Of a stretch of DNA of 64,000 nt, positions 50,122 through 58,902 are shown one piece after another. The stretch's first letter is position 1; every line of letters begins with the position of its first letter. The position numbers were made by a program, and so were the translations under genes. The stretch lies in contig JBILLK010000001.1 in NCBI GenBank assembly GCA_044376115.1, positions 288,001 to 352,000 of the forward strand, read 5' to 3'. Below the pieces are notes generated by a model. That model ran no database searches. It was not told where the DNA came from and saw only the letters and a list, made by a program, of their open reading frames with translations. The stretch comes from Polyangiaceae bacterium (GTDB taxonomy: Bacteria > Myxococcota_A > Polyangia > Polyangiales > Polyangiaceae).

Positions 50122-50298
50122 ATGGCAAAGACCGAAGAGAAACCGTTCGACGCGCCCGTTGGCCAAGCCAGGGGGCTAACCCCACGGAAGCCCTATTCGA
50201 AACCAGAGCTCTTGGTCTATGGGCGCATTGAAGACATGACGCGCGCCAGCGGCAAGTCGGGCAAAGAGCCTGGTGCCGGCGCCAAGCCCCGCAAGTGA
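50122..50298 (+). CDS. Lasso peptide precursor (A), 58 aa; predicted core ASGKSGKEPGAGAKPRK
   Basis: GAGGA RBS at 50109. The leader YSKPELLVYGRIEDMTR gives Y-17, P-14, L-12, G-8, T-2. Core has Ala1 and Glu8. Confidence 0.88.
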   Translation: MAKTEEKPFDAPVGQARGLTPRKPYSKPELLVYGRIEDMTRASGKSGKEPGAGAKPRK

Positions 50299-50313
50299 AG
50301 CTGTTCTTTTGAG

Positions 50314-51168
50314 GTGAGCTTCGTCGTCGATTGGGGAGCGGCTTCGGAGCTCGAGGACGAGCACGAGTGGTTCGTTGTGTACGAGAGCCACGGCCAGAGG
50401 AACGTCGCGGTGGCGCGGACAAAAACCGGCTACCTAGTGCGGGTGTTCGGCGTGAGCGACTACGACGTTGGCCCTTCGACGGTCACCTTTCACCCTGCCA
50501 CGGGTGTTTCCCCAGCAGCCACAGAGGACGCCTACAAGCTCGCGGTCTTACCGGCGCTGCATCAGCTTAACGGCCGGCCAGCCTTGCACGCGTCGGCCGT
50601 CGCCGGCGAGCGAGGAGCCATTGCCTTCGTTGGCCCCTCGGGCCGGGGCAAATCAACCCTAGCGGCCTTGCTCTCGAGCGGCGGGCACTATCGTCTGATG
50701 GCCGACGACTACCTTCCGCTGCACCTCGATGAAGCTGGTCAGGTCTGGGCCACTCCCACCTCGACCGCCGTTCGCCTGCGTGGCCCAGCCGCGGAGCAAC
50801 TCAACGAAACCAAGGTCTTTCACCAAGGGAAGTTCGTCGCCGCGAGGCCCGTTGCTCATCACCCGCAACCGCTCGTCCGACTGTACGTCATCACCGTAGG
50901 GGTCGAGACGCGCGTCATCTCAATGAAGGGCCGAGATGCCGTGGCGGTCGTTGCGGAACACCTGCAGCGACTCGACCCGCACGATCCCGAGCTCCTCAAG
51001 ATCGAGTTCGAGTTCATCGACGCACTAGTCAAGCGCGTTCGGGTGGCGGAGCTTAGCTATCCAAGCCGCTACGAGACCGCGGAGATCGAGGCCGTGATCG
51101 CACATGACCTCCAGAGTAACGGCCTGCAGCTATCAGGTGACGACCACCAGCTTGGCCGCCAACAATGA
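50314..51168 (+). CDS. HPr-kinase-like P-loop kinase (lasso-cluster type)
   Basis: LHASAV, AFVGPSGRGKSTLA, LMADD; directly after the precursor. Start uncertain. Confidence 0.82.
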   Translation: MSFVVDWGAASELEDEHEWFVVYESHGQRNVAVARTKTGYLVRVFGVSDYDVGPSTVTFHPATGVSPAATEDAYKLAVLPALHQLNGRPALHASAVAGERGAIAFVGPSGRGKSTLAALLSSGGHYRLMADDYLPLHLDEAGQVWATPTSTAVRLRGPAAEQLNETKVFHQGKFVAARPVAHHPQPLVRLYVITVGVETRVISMKGRDAVAVVAEHLQRLDPHDPELLKIEFEFIDALVKRVRVAELSYPSRYETAEIEAVIAHDLQSNGLQLSGDDHQLGRQQ

Positions 51169-51420
51169 GCCCAAAAGCTCCGCGAGGTCGGCCTGTATTT
51201 TGGCCTCATCGGCGTCGAACTCGGCCCCGAGCTGATCGCACAGTCCGCCAAACGATATGCCCTCCCCGATGAGCTCCCAAGCACGTGTGGCGACCTCATT
51301 CATGCCGCAATATGTGCCTGTTCCAAGGTTCAGAAGCACCGCCTCTTCGTCGATCACGCGAGACAGGACCTGGGGAGAGCGAACAATGCGAGTGTCGCGT
51401 GAGACCATAGGATTGAGCAT
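51133..51420 (-). CDS. PqqD-family RiPP recognition element (lasso B1/E)
   Basis: IDEEAVLLNLGTGTYCGMNEVATRAWELI...L.AEFD...IQADL..LL..L...KLV; 91-95 aa. Confidence 0.9.
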   Translation of the reverse strand: MLNPMVSRDTRIVRSPQVLSRVIDEEAVLLNLGTGTYCGMNEVATRAWELIGEGISFGGLCDQLGAEFDADEAKIQADLAELLGSLLAAKLVVVT

Positions 51421-51513
51421 AGATCAGGCCTGGAGAAGGAAGGGTGGCTCGAATGTACGGCTTGGTTGCACGGAACCGCGACGTGGATCACGCGTGCTTG
51501 GGGAACTTCACTA

Positions 51514-52029
51514 ATGGCCAACCTGGTTGAGGAAGCGTCGCGGCTTTGTCGTGAGTGCCAGGCCTGCTGCGACGGCACCATGTTTTCGATGGTGGAGGTG
51601 GACGCCGATGAGCTCTCTTCGCACTCGCGCCGACGTCTCAATATTGTCGACGGGCCGACGCAAATCACCCAGCCGTGCAGACATTTGGATTCCTCAGGCT
51701 GTAGTGCGTATCAAGACAGACCGGCTAGGTGCAGGTCCTACGCGTGCAAACAGCAACGCGACCACCTTGAAAACGGGGGGGACCTCGAGGCTCGGCTGAA
51801 GAAAGTTCGCGCAATTCGATCCGTCGCGGCACGACTTCGTGCGTTTGGTGGCAGTCATTGGGAATTGCAGCTGCAAGACCCTCGGTCGTTGCCAAGCGAG
51901 GTATCGCTCGACTTGGTGGAGCTAGCGGTGCGCTTGCAGCGTGACCTCGGCTGGCGCCCTCATCCCAAGGAAGAGCCTGCCGCGCCGATGCGGCCGGAGC
52001 CTTCGGCTGACGACCCCAGCGAGCCGTGA
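51514..52029 (+). CDS. YkgJ/CxxCxxCC-family cysteine-cluster (Zn/Fe-S) protein
   Basis: LCRECQACCDG, PCRHL, CSAYQDRPARCRSYAC. Confidence 0.82.
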   Translation: MANLVEEASRLCRECQACCDGTMFSMVEVDADELSSHSRRRLNIVDGPTQITQPCRHLDSSGCSAYQDRPARCRSYACKQQRDHLENGGDLEARLKKVRAIRSVAARLRAFGGSHWELQLQDPRSLPSEVSLDLVELAVRLQRDLGWRPHPKEEPAAPMRPEPSADDPSEP

Positions 52030-53027
52030 TACGGAAGCACGTGACCAATCCGAGCGGGCGTCGAGACCCGGTTCGTTGCGCAGTGGTCGGCATTGGCCGC
52101 TGGGGCGCCCACTACCTCAAGGTTCTTGCAGAAACGCCGGGGGCCGAGCTCACAGCACTCTGTGACACGAGCGAGCGAGCTCGCTCGTTGGGGGTATCGA
52201 CGGTGCCCGGCGCCGTGTCCGTTGCGCGGCTCGCCGACCTTGACCCTGAGCATTTGGACGCAGTCGTGATCGCGACCCCCACGGAGAGCCACGCGGAGCT
52301 CGCTTGTGAAGCATTTTCCAAGGGTTTTCACGTTCTCGTAGAAAAGCCGCTCGCCGTCACCGCAGCCGACGCCTCACGTGTCGTAGGCGCTGCGAGACGG
52401 GCTGGAAAGCTGATCGCGACTGGCTATCAAATGGTGCATCACGCCGGCCATCGGGCCCTCGTGAACGCCGCGCTGGCACTCGGCCCCGTCCAACATCTTC
52501 GAACCACCCGGTCGAGCGTCAGTCGAGAACGTCAGGACCCGCTGCTTCACGCGCTCGCTCCACACGATCTCGCGACCTTCGCTCTGCTTGCACGCCAGCA
52601 GAATGGCGAGGCGACGCCGCAATGCGAGGGAACCACGGGAGACGGCTACGGTGAACTTACGGCACACTTGCGCAGCCTCGGACCCCGTGAATTCACTGCT
52701 GAGCTGCGGTGGTCACGCGGTAAGCCGCTGCGCCGCACCGAGATTTTTTTCAATGAGGGCAGCGTCTGCTTCGACGAAGCGTCCGGCGAGGTCACCGAGA
52801 ACGGGCTCAATCCACGCTCATTCGCCGGGGCTCCGCTCAATTTGCAGTGCACCGAGTTCATCCAAACCATTGAGTGTTTGCGCCGAGATCCGAAAACCCA
52901 AGCACTCGAGAACCTCGGGCTCGTAACGGCCGCCGACGCAGTCGTGGTCTCGCGGCTAATCGAGCAGCTGGGAGCTTCGGTTCGAACGCTCGCGAACACG
53001 TCGACGCGGGCTGCGCTCAGCCTTTGA
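52026..53027 (+). CDS. Gfo/Idh/MocA-family NAD(P)-dependent oxidoreductase
   Basis: AVVGIGRWG, DAVVIATP..SH, HVLVEKPL, LAPHDL. Confidence 0.9.
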   Translation: MIRKHVTNPSGRRDPVRCAVVGIGRWGAHYLKVLAETPGAELTALCDTSERARSLGVSTVPGAVSVARLADLDPEHLDAVVIATPTESHAELACEAFSKGFHVLVEKPLAVTAADASRVVGAARRAGKLIATGYQMVHHAGHRALVNAALALGPVQHLRTTRSSVSRERQDPLLHALAPHDLATFALLARQQNGEATPQCEGTTGDGYGELTAHLRSLGPREFTAELRWSRGKPLRRTEIFFNEGSVCFDEASGEVTENGLNPRSFAGAPLNLQCTEFIQTIECLRRDPKTQALENLGLVTAADAVVVSRLIEQLGASVRTLANTSTRAALSL

Positions 53028-53132
53028 ACCTTCCGGAGCGGGCCGGCATCGAAGCAGGAGTCAAACGCCACTAGAATCCCACGGATGGCCGCACTAAACG
53101 GCTCAGACTAGGTCTCGCCGAGAATTGAAGCT

Positions 53133-55430
53133 GTGATCCCCACTCCCAAAAGCAAAGCGGCTACGCCCAACGAGGCAACGGGTGACCGTGAGCCGCTCGT
53201 CGATATCCTCGCGGTTTGGCGGCCAATTCGGAAGCATTGGCTCACTGCACTCTCAACAGCGGCGTTAGTGACTGTCGGCGTCGGCTTCTGGACGATGCGC
53301 CAAACCAAGATTTACCAAGCCTCTGCGGTCGTCCAATTTGACCCTAACCCACCTCGTCCGCTCGGCGGCAAAGTGGAGAGCGTCGTTGAAATTGGTTCGG
53401 GGGCCATGTGGGACACACGCGAGTACTACGAGACCCAGTACCAAATCATCCAGTCGAGGCGAGTATCGCTCGCGGTCGTTCGGCAGCTCAACCTCAACTC
53501 AGACTGGGCGTTCATCAACAACTTACCCAAGGGTGTTCAGGCGCCTGATCGCGAGCCTCTCGCTGAGGAAGACGCCGCGGATGTGCTCCGCGGCCGTATC
53601 AGCGTCGAGCCCATCAAACAGTCTCGTCTCGCTACGGTGAAGTTTCAGGACGCCAACCCAGAGCGCGCCGCGGAGCTGCTCAAACAGGTCGTTCGCACCT
53701 ACAAAGAGCAGAACGTCGATATCGCGCTCGAGTCGATGGACGAGGCAGCGCGTTTTCTGCGCACCGAACACGACAAGCTCAAGAAAGAGCTCGAATCGAG
53801 CGAGATGGATCTCCATAACTACAAGGAGAAAAACAACATCCTCTCGGTTGAGTTCGAGGACAAGTCGAGCCTCTACCGCGATCAGATCACCCAGCTGTCC
53901 AACACGCTCACATCGGTGCGAACCAAACGGGAGCAGGTGGCTGCGCGACGTGCGCAGCTCGCTAAAGTCAGCGGTGAAGATCCTGCGGTGCTTCCGGCAG
54001 GCGAGCTTTTGCAGTCGGTCTTCCTTCAAGGGCTACGCACCCAGTACGTCCAAGCTACCCAAGACCGTGACGCCCTACTCAACAGCGGAATGGGCAAGAA
54101 CCACCCGGACGTGATCGCCGCAACTACGCGGATGGAGACGTCGCGGGCAGCCCTGCTCGGCGAGGTAAGGAACATCCAAGGCGCGCTCGACAGTGAGTTA
54201 GCCGCCATTCAGCGTGAAGAGGGCGGCGTCGCTGGCCTCTTCGAGCAGTCGAAGAAGGAAGCGCTCGATCTGAATTTGCTGGAGATCGAGTACAACCGCC
54301 TGAAGCGCTCGAAGGAGAACACCGAGAAGCTCTACGGCGTGCTGCTCGAGCGCTCCACCGAGAGCGCTCTTACCAGCCAAATGCGGATGAACAACGTCTC
54401 CATCGTGGATGAGCCGATGGTACCCGGCGGTCCCATTCGACCCAACCTTCCGCTCAACGTGACCGGTGGTGCAGCCATGGGGCTCGTGATCGGTGCCGCA
54501 GCCGCCATGGCTCGGTCGATGTTAGACCGAACGATGAAGTCGCCTGAGGACGTCGAGCACGTGCTTGGCGCAACCTTCCTTGGCCTCCTCCCCGAGTTCG
54601 ACCCGGCCGCAGCAGGTCCCGGCAAAAGTCGCCGGCGCAGGGGGGCCTTGCGACACCCTGAGCTCGTCGTTCACGAGGAGCCAATGAGCGGCGTCGCGGA
54701 AGCGTCACGCTCCATTCGCACGAGTCTCATGTTCATGGCGCCCGACAAGCCGATGAGAACGCTGCTCATCACCAGCGCTGGTCCGTCTGAGGGGAAGACC
54801 ACCGTGGCCTGCTGCATCGCTACAGCGATGGCTCAGGCCGGCAAGAAGGTCGTGCTGATTGACTGCGACCTCCGCCGACCGCGTGTTCACCGCATCTTTC
54901 GCGGCCGCGGGCATGACGTTGGGCCAGGCCTCACCTCGGCCTTGCTCGATGAGCCGCTGGATAATTGCGTCATTACCTCCGAGGTTCCGAACCTTTGGGT
55001 GATCCCAGCTGGACCGATCCCGCCAAACCCTTCGGAGCTGTTGCAAAGTGAACGCTTCAAGACGGTATTGGCTCAGCTGCAACAACGCTACGACCACGTA
55101 ATCCTTGATAGTCCCCCAGTTGTTGCCGTCACTGACGCAGTCATCCTTTCAACGATGGTGGACACGACTGTGCTGGTAATCCGCGCGCTGAAGACGACGA
55201 AGGAGATCGGCAAGCACGCGACGCGAATGTTGCGTGACGTCGGTGCGAACCTCGCCGGGGTCGTGCTCAATGCGGTCAACGTGAACCGGGACGAGTACGA
55301 CTACTGGTATAAGTACTATCGTCGTGACGGCGGCTATTCATCCAATACCCAAACCGTCACCCCGATGAATGAACCATCATCGCCACAAGACGACGGCGGG
55401 CACGGCAGACCACCTGCCCCAATGGCGTAG
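53133..55430 (+). CDS. wzc: Wzc-type polysaccharide co-polymerase / tyrosine autokinase
   Basis: Two TM helices flanking a coiled-coil periplasmic domain (HPDV); EASRSIRT; Walker A GPSEGKTT; IDCDLRRP; PPNPSELL; ILDSPP; Tyr cluster YDYWYKYY. Confidence 0.92.
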   Translation: MIPTPKSKAATPNEATGDREPLVDILAVWRPIRKHWLTALSTAALVTVGVGFWTMRQTKIYQASAVVQFDPNPPRPLGGKVESVVEIGSGAMWDTREYYETQYQIIQSRRVSLAVVRQLNLNSDWAFINNLPKGVQAPDREPLAEEDAADVLRGRISVEPIKQSRLATVKFQDANPERAAELLKQVVRTYKEQNVDIALESMDEAARFLRTEHDKLKKELESSEMDLHNYKEKNNILSVEFEDKSSLYRDQITQLSNTLTSVRTKREQVAARRAQLAKVSGEDPAVLPAGELLQSVFLQGLRTQYVQATQDRDALLNSGMGKNHPDVIAATTRMETSRAALLGEVRNIQGALDSELAAIQREEGGVAGLFEQSKKEALDLNLLEIEYNRLKRSKENTEKLYGVLLERSTESALTSQMRMNNVSIVDEPMVPGGPIRPNLPLNVTGGAAMGLVIGAAAAMARSMLDRTMKSPEDVEHVLGATFLGLLPEFDPAAAGPGKSRRRRGALRHPELVVHEEPMSGVAEASRSIRTSLMFMAPDKPMRTLLITSAGPSEGKTTVACCIATAMAQAGKKVVLIDCDLRRPRVHRIFRGRGHDVGPGLTSALLDEPLDNCVITSEVPNLWVIPAGPIPPNPSELLQSERFKTVLAQLQQRYDHVILDSPPVVAVTDAVILSTMVDTTVLVIRALKTTKEIGKHATRMLRDVGANLAGVVLNAVNVNRDEYDYWYKYYRRDGGYSSNTQTVTPMNEPSSPQDDGGHGRPPAPMA

Positions 55431-55503
55431 CAGACCCCTAGGCGATAGCGGCAGCCAGTTTGCTCCAGGCTGATTGTCTTTCAGGCAGACTTTGCGCAAC
55501 GTC

Positions 55504-58149
55504 TTAGCGCTTGCCCGGATGCTTCTGGTTCAGGCGCGAGAGACGCTCAGCATTGGCTTGCTCTTTGGCGTCCTTCTTGTTGGCTGCTTCACCGAGCGCC
55601 TGGGCCACTACCGCGGGTAGGCCGGCCTGATCGGCTGCGTCGGCAAGGTCCAACCAGCGCGTCGCCGTTGGATCTTGGCGTGCCGCTCGCTCATACCAGG
55701 TTACGGCCTGCTGCCGATTACCGACGGATACGTGCATGGCGGCGACCCAACGGTTCGCTTCGGCGCAACCCAAGCGCTGCGCACAAGCCGTTGAGACAGC
55801 CTTCTCCAGAACATTGTTGAGTTCATCCGAGGCCCCTTCGGAAGCGAGTGTTTGGGCCAAGAGTTGCAAACATGGCAGCCTCTCTTCCGGTAGCTCGCAG
55901 CTGCTGCGCAAGATGCTCAGCGCGCTATCTTTGCGGCCTTCACTCAACTCGACTCTCGCTCGAATTCTCCCAGGTAAGGTTTGGTTGGGGAACTTTGCGG
56001 CAATGATGAGCGCGTCGGATTCCACCTTGCTCAGACACTCAGCTCGCTCAGTTGCACAGGGTGCCTTCTTGGCCTCGAGCGCGAGCAGCAGATCCTCCGC
56101 CAGCCGCCGACGCGGCGAGAGCTGGTTTGGATCACGGACCAGCGCCTCGCGATCCAAAGCCTGACGCAGCTCGAGTTTTGCTGCAGCGCCGAAGCTCAAT
56201 GCAATTACTTCAAGCGGAAAGGCGCCGGCTTCACCTTGCGGAACCACAGCCAAGACCGCCTCAGGCGTGGAGGCATATTGCACTACGAGCGGAGCAGCAG
56301 TCGCAGCCAGGTTAGGCTCGTACTCGAGTGCAAGCCGGACCTCCATGAGCCCCTGGTTGGTGAGGCGACGGGCTAGCAGGTACTCACCAAGCAGCAGATG
56401 CGTGCGCCCCACCGTCGGTCCACGCTCGAGGGCTCGTTGCACCCATACAATGGGGTTTTCGCCCAACTGCCGAGCGGTGTAAGCACCCGCCAGCGGGAAG
56501 TAGTAGTCCGCTGGATAGCGCACCATCATCGTTCCTAGGCGCTCTCTCAAGACGGTAGCCTGCGCACTGTCTCTCGAACTGCTGATGGCCAGCAGCTCCT
56601 GTTGCACGCTAGCCCGGTCCTGCTCGAGAGTCGTGGGACCCCGCCAAAGCAAGAGGCAACCGACGACCACAGCACCGCCCAGCACGGCTCGCATCGTCCA
56701 GATTGACGCAGCGGAGCTTGGGCCCTCGCGACGCGCAGCCGCAGACCAAACGCAACCGAGCGTGGCCGCCACAGCCGTACTGACGCCGGCGAGCTCCAAA
56801 CCTAGATCGACAAGGTTTTGCAACAGAAGCACGCCCACACCAAAGAGGGCTCCGAGCAGTACAGCACTACGCGAGATGTTTTGTCGCGCACTCCAAAAGG
56901 CCCATAGCAAGACCAGCACAGCGAGAGCCGGAACGACAAGGCCCCACTCGGTGACCCATTGAACAACGACGTTCTCCGGATGAGTGTAGGCGATATTGCT
57001 CGGCGTTTGCGGTCGATAGGCGAAGAACACACTAGCGAACGCGCCACGCCCGATTCCAAATAACGGGTGATCTTTGATTACCGGGATACTCCACACGGGC
57101 AACTGAAGCTTGGCCACATTCTCACTCAGCAGAGATGGCCAGAAGTCCTTGTCTGCGCCCAACAACGCAAACCCTGCTCCGACGAACAACGCAGCAGTCG
57201 TCGCATAGCTAATGATCTTGGCCGAGGCCAATTTGGCTTTACGAGCAAAGGTCGCCCACATGCCGAAGGCGATAAGGCCCACGACCAACGAGGCGACCCC
57301 GCCACGGGAAGCTGTCCTGAGCGAGACGGCCAAAAGAATGATCAAGCCAGTCCCAAGCAACCAGCGTGAGGTCGGTGGCCGCTTCGACAGCGCAAGCCCC
57401 GAGCCGATCAGAATATTTAGGTTGAGATAGCCAGCTAGATTGTTGGGGTTGATGAGCGGGCCTGCGTCGCCCGGTTCGACGGGGTGCAGCGGCTCGTAAA
57501 CTCCAAATACGTGGACTGCCGAGAGCAGCGCATGGCCCATTGAGACGAGAGCCACGAGCACTCCGGTGCTGAACACTGCGAGCAGTGGTGCCGGAGCCCC
57601 GTAACGCCGCGCCATTCGCAACGAGAGCAAAAAGGTCCCTGCGTAGGACGCCCACTTGAAGGCCTCAAACAAGGTCGCATCAGGCGCAAGCGACAAGCTG
57701 GCTACGTCACTTACCCTGTCGAGCGGCAACAAGCATCGCTCCCAGACATCTGCAGCTGCCGGCGACAGCACCTTCACCCATGCGAGCGGCAACGGCAACG
57801 CTTGCACGACGCAATACAGCGCCAAGGCGGCGAGTACGAGCGCCGGAGTCAGCCGGCTCGCTCGGATTTGTGCGGGGCGTACGGTGTCGAATAGGCCGCC
57901 AGCAAGCGCGAGCGCCCCGACTGGCAGGAACAGCCGCGGAGTGATGCCGCCGACCAACAATACGCTTAGGCCGAGCACCCCAACCAAGAGGACAAATAGT
58001 CCTCGCTCAAGGCGCTCTTCCCCCACAGTCAGCTTATTTGATGAAGCCAAGGTACTCCGCAGAAAAGGTAGACGCTTCGTTGCGCGCAGGGGTCGAATAT
58101 TCGAGCGTTCTTTTCTTGGAGTTTGCGATGGGCTCGAGGTGCCGAGCAC
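55504..58149 (-). CDS. O-antigen ligase/Wzy_C-family membrane protein with C-terminal TPR-like region
   Basis: INPNNLAGYL, TASRGG, HPLFGIGRGAF, HPENVVVQWVTEWG; about 12 TM helices; helical-repeat C-terminus. Start uncertain. Confidence 0.82.
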   Translation of the reverse strand: MLGTSSPSQTPRKERSNIRPLRATKRLPFLRSTLASSNKLTVGEERLERGLFVLLVGVLGLSVLLVGGITPRLFLPVGALALAGGLFDTVRPAQIRASRLTPALVLAALALYCVVQALPLPLAWVKVLSPAAADVWERCLLPLDRVSDVASLSLAPDATLFEAFKWASYAGTFLLSLRMARRYGAPAPLLAVFSTGVLVALVSMGHALLSAVHVFGVYEPLHPVEPGDAGPLINPNNLAGYLNLNILIGSGLALSKRPPTSRWLLGTGLIILLAVSLRTASRGGVASLVVGLIAFGMWATFARKAKLASAKIISYATTAALFVGAGFALLGADKDFWPSLLSENVAKLQLPVWSIPVIKDHPLFGIGRGAFASVFFAYRPQTPSNIAYTHPENVVVQWVTEWGLVVPALAVLVLLWAFWSARQNISRSAVLLGALFGVGVLLLQNLVDLGLELAGVSTAVAATLGCVWSAAARREGPSSAASIWTMRAVLGGAVVVGCLLLWRGPTTLEQDRASVQQELLAISSSRDSAQATVLRERLGTMMVRYPADYYFPLAGAYTARQLGENPIVWVQRALERGPTVGRTHLLLGEYLLARRLTNQGLMEVRLALEYEPNLAATAAPLVVQYASTPEAVLAVVPQGEAGAFPLEVIALSFGAAAKLELRQALDREALVRDPNQLSPRRRLAEDLLLALEAKKAPCATERAECLSKVESDALIIAAKFPNQTLPGRIRARVELSEGRKDSALSILRSSCELPEERLPCLQLLAQTLASEGASDELNNVLEKAVSTACAQRLGCAEANRWVAAMHVSVGNRQQAVTWYERAARQDPTATRWLDLADAADQAGLPAVVAQALGEAANKKDAKEQANAERLSRLNQKHPGKR

Positions 58150-58174
58150 GCAGTGACCGTGGTACAGATCCGGC

Positions 58175-58891
58175 GTGAGCTGGCAGCAACGCTATTTGAA
58201 TCGCTATTACGACAAGAGCCAGGGTTGGGTTGACGGCACCACCGAATTTCATGAGCTGTGTCGCAGCGCGATCACTCCAAACGGGAAGATCCTCGAGATC
58301 GGCGCTGGACCAACCAATAGGACGTCCCAGTTTCTTGCCACTTTGGGGGAAACACACGGCGTCGACATCGACCCCGACGTGCACAACAACACTGCACTCG
58401 CACAGGCTCATACCATTAGTGGGGACCACTATCCCTACGCCGATGCCACCTTTGATGCCTGCATATCCAACTATGTAGCCGAGCACGTCGAAGATCCCCA
58501 AGCACACCTCAAGGAGGTCGCCAGGGTGCTCAAGCCCGGTGGAGCCTACCTGCTACGCACGCCAAACCTTTACCACTACGTCTCGCTCATTTCCTGGGTT
58601 ACCCCCCATTGGTTCCATACCGCTGTGGCGAATCGGCTTCGTAACCAACGAGGTCACCATGACCCGTACCCCACGGTCTATGCCATGAATACCAAGCAGG
58701 TGCTCACTGGGTTAGCGCACGAGGCGGGCTTCGCAGTGGAGCGGCTATCATTGGTGGAGAAAGAGCCCTCCTATGGCCTTTACGCCCGACCACTCTTCTT
58801 CGTCTTCATGGCCTATGAGCGGCTCGTCAACTCTTCCGAGACGATGGCGGCGCTACGCTCCAACCTATTTGTCGTCTTGCGTAAACACTGA
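58175..58891 (+). CDS. Class I SAM-dependent methyltransferase
   Basis: ILEIGAG, GVDID, PYADATFD, EHVEDP, RVLKPGG, TPN. Confidence 0.9.
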   Translation: MSWQQRYLNRYYDKSQGWVDGTTEFHELCRSAITPNGKILEIGAGPTNRTSQFLATLGETHGVDIDPDVHNNTALAQAHTISGDHYPYADATFDACISNYVAEHVEDPQAHLKEVARVLKPGGAYLLRTPNLYHYVSLISWVTPHWFHTAVANRLRNQRGHHDPYPTVYAMNTKQVLTGLAHEAGFAVERLSLVEKEPSYGLYARPLFFVFMAYERLVNSSETMAALRSNLFVVLRKH

Positions 58892-58902
58892 ACCCAGCTC
58901 AC

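Noticed and set aside
50059..50298. TGA recoding (alternative genetic code or selenocysteine)
   Set aside because: TGA is the normal stop of conserved genes here (acnA, iscS, iscU), and I recognised no SECIS-like hairpin.
51133..51420. PQQ biosynthesis (pqqD)
   Set aside because: No pqqA/B/C/E or radical SAM gene nearby; the context indicates a lasso RRE.
58175..58891. Lasso C-terminal methyltransferase
   Set aside because: Only generic class I motifs; it could equally act on the polysaccharide, so it cannot be assigned.
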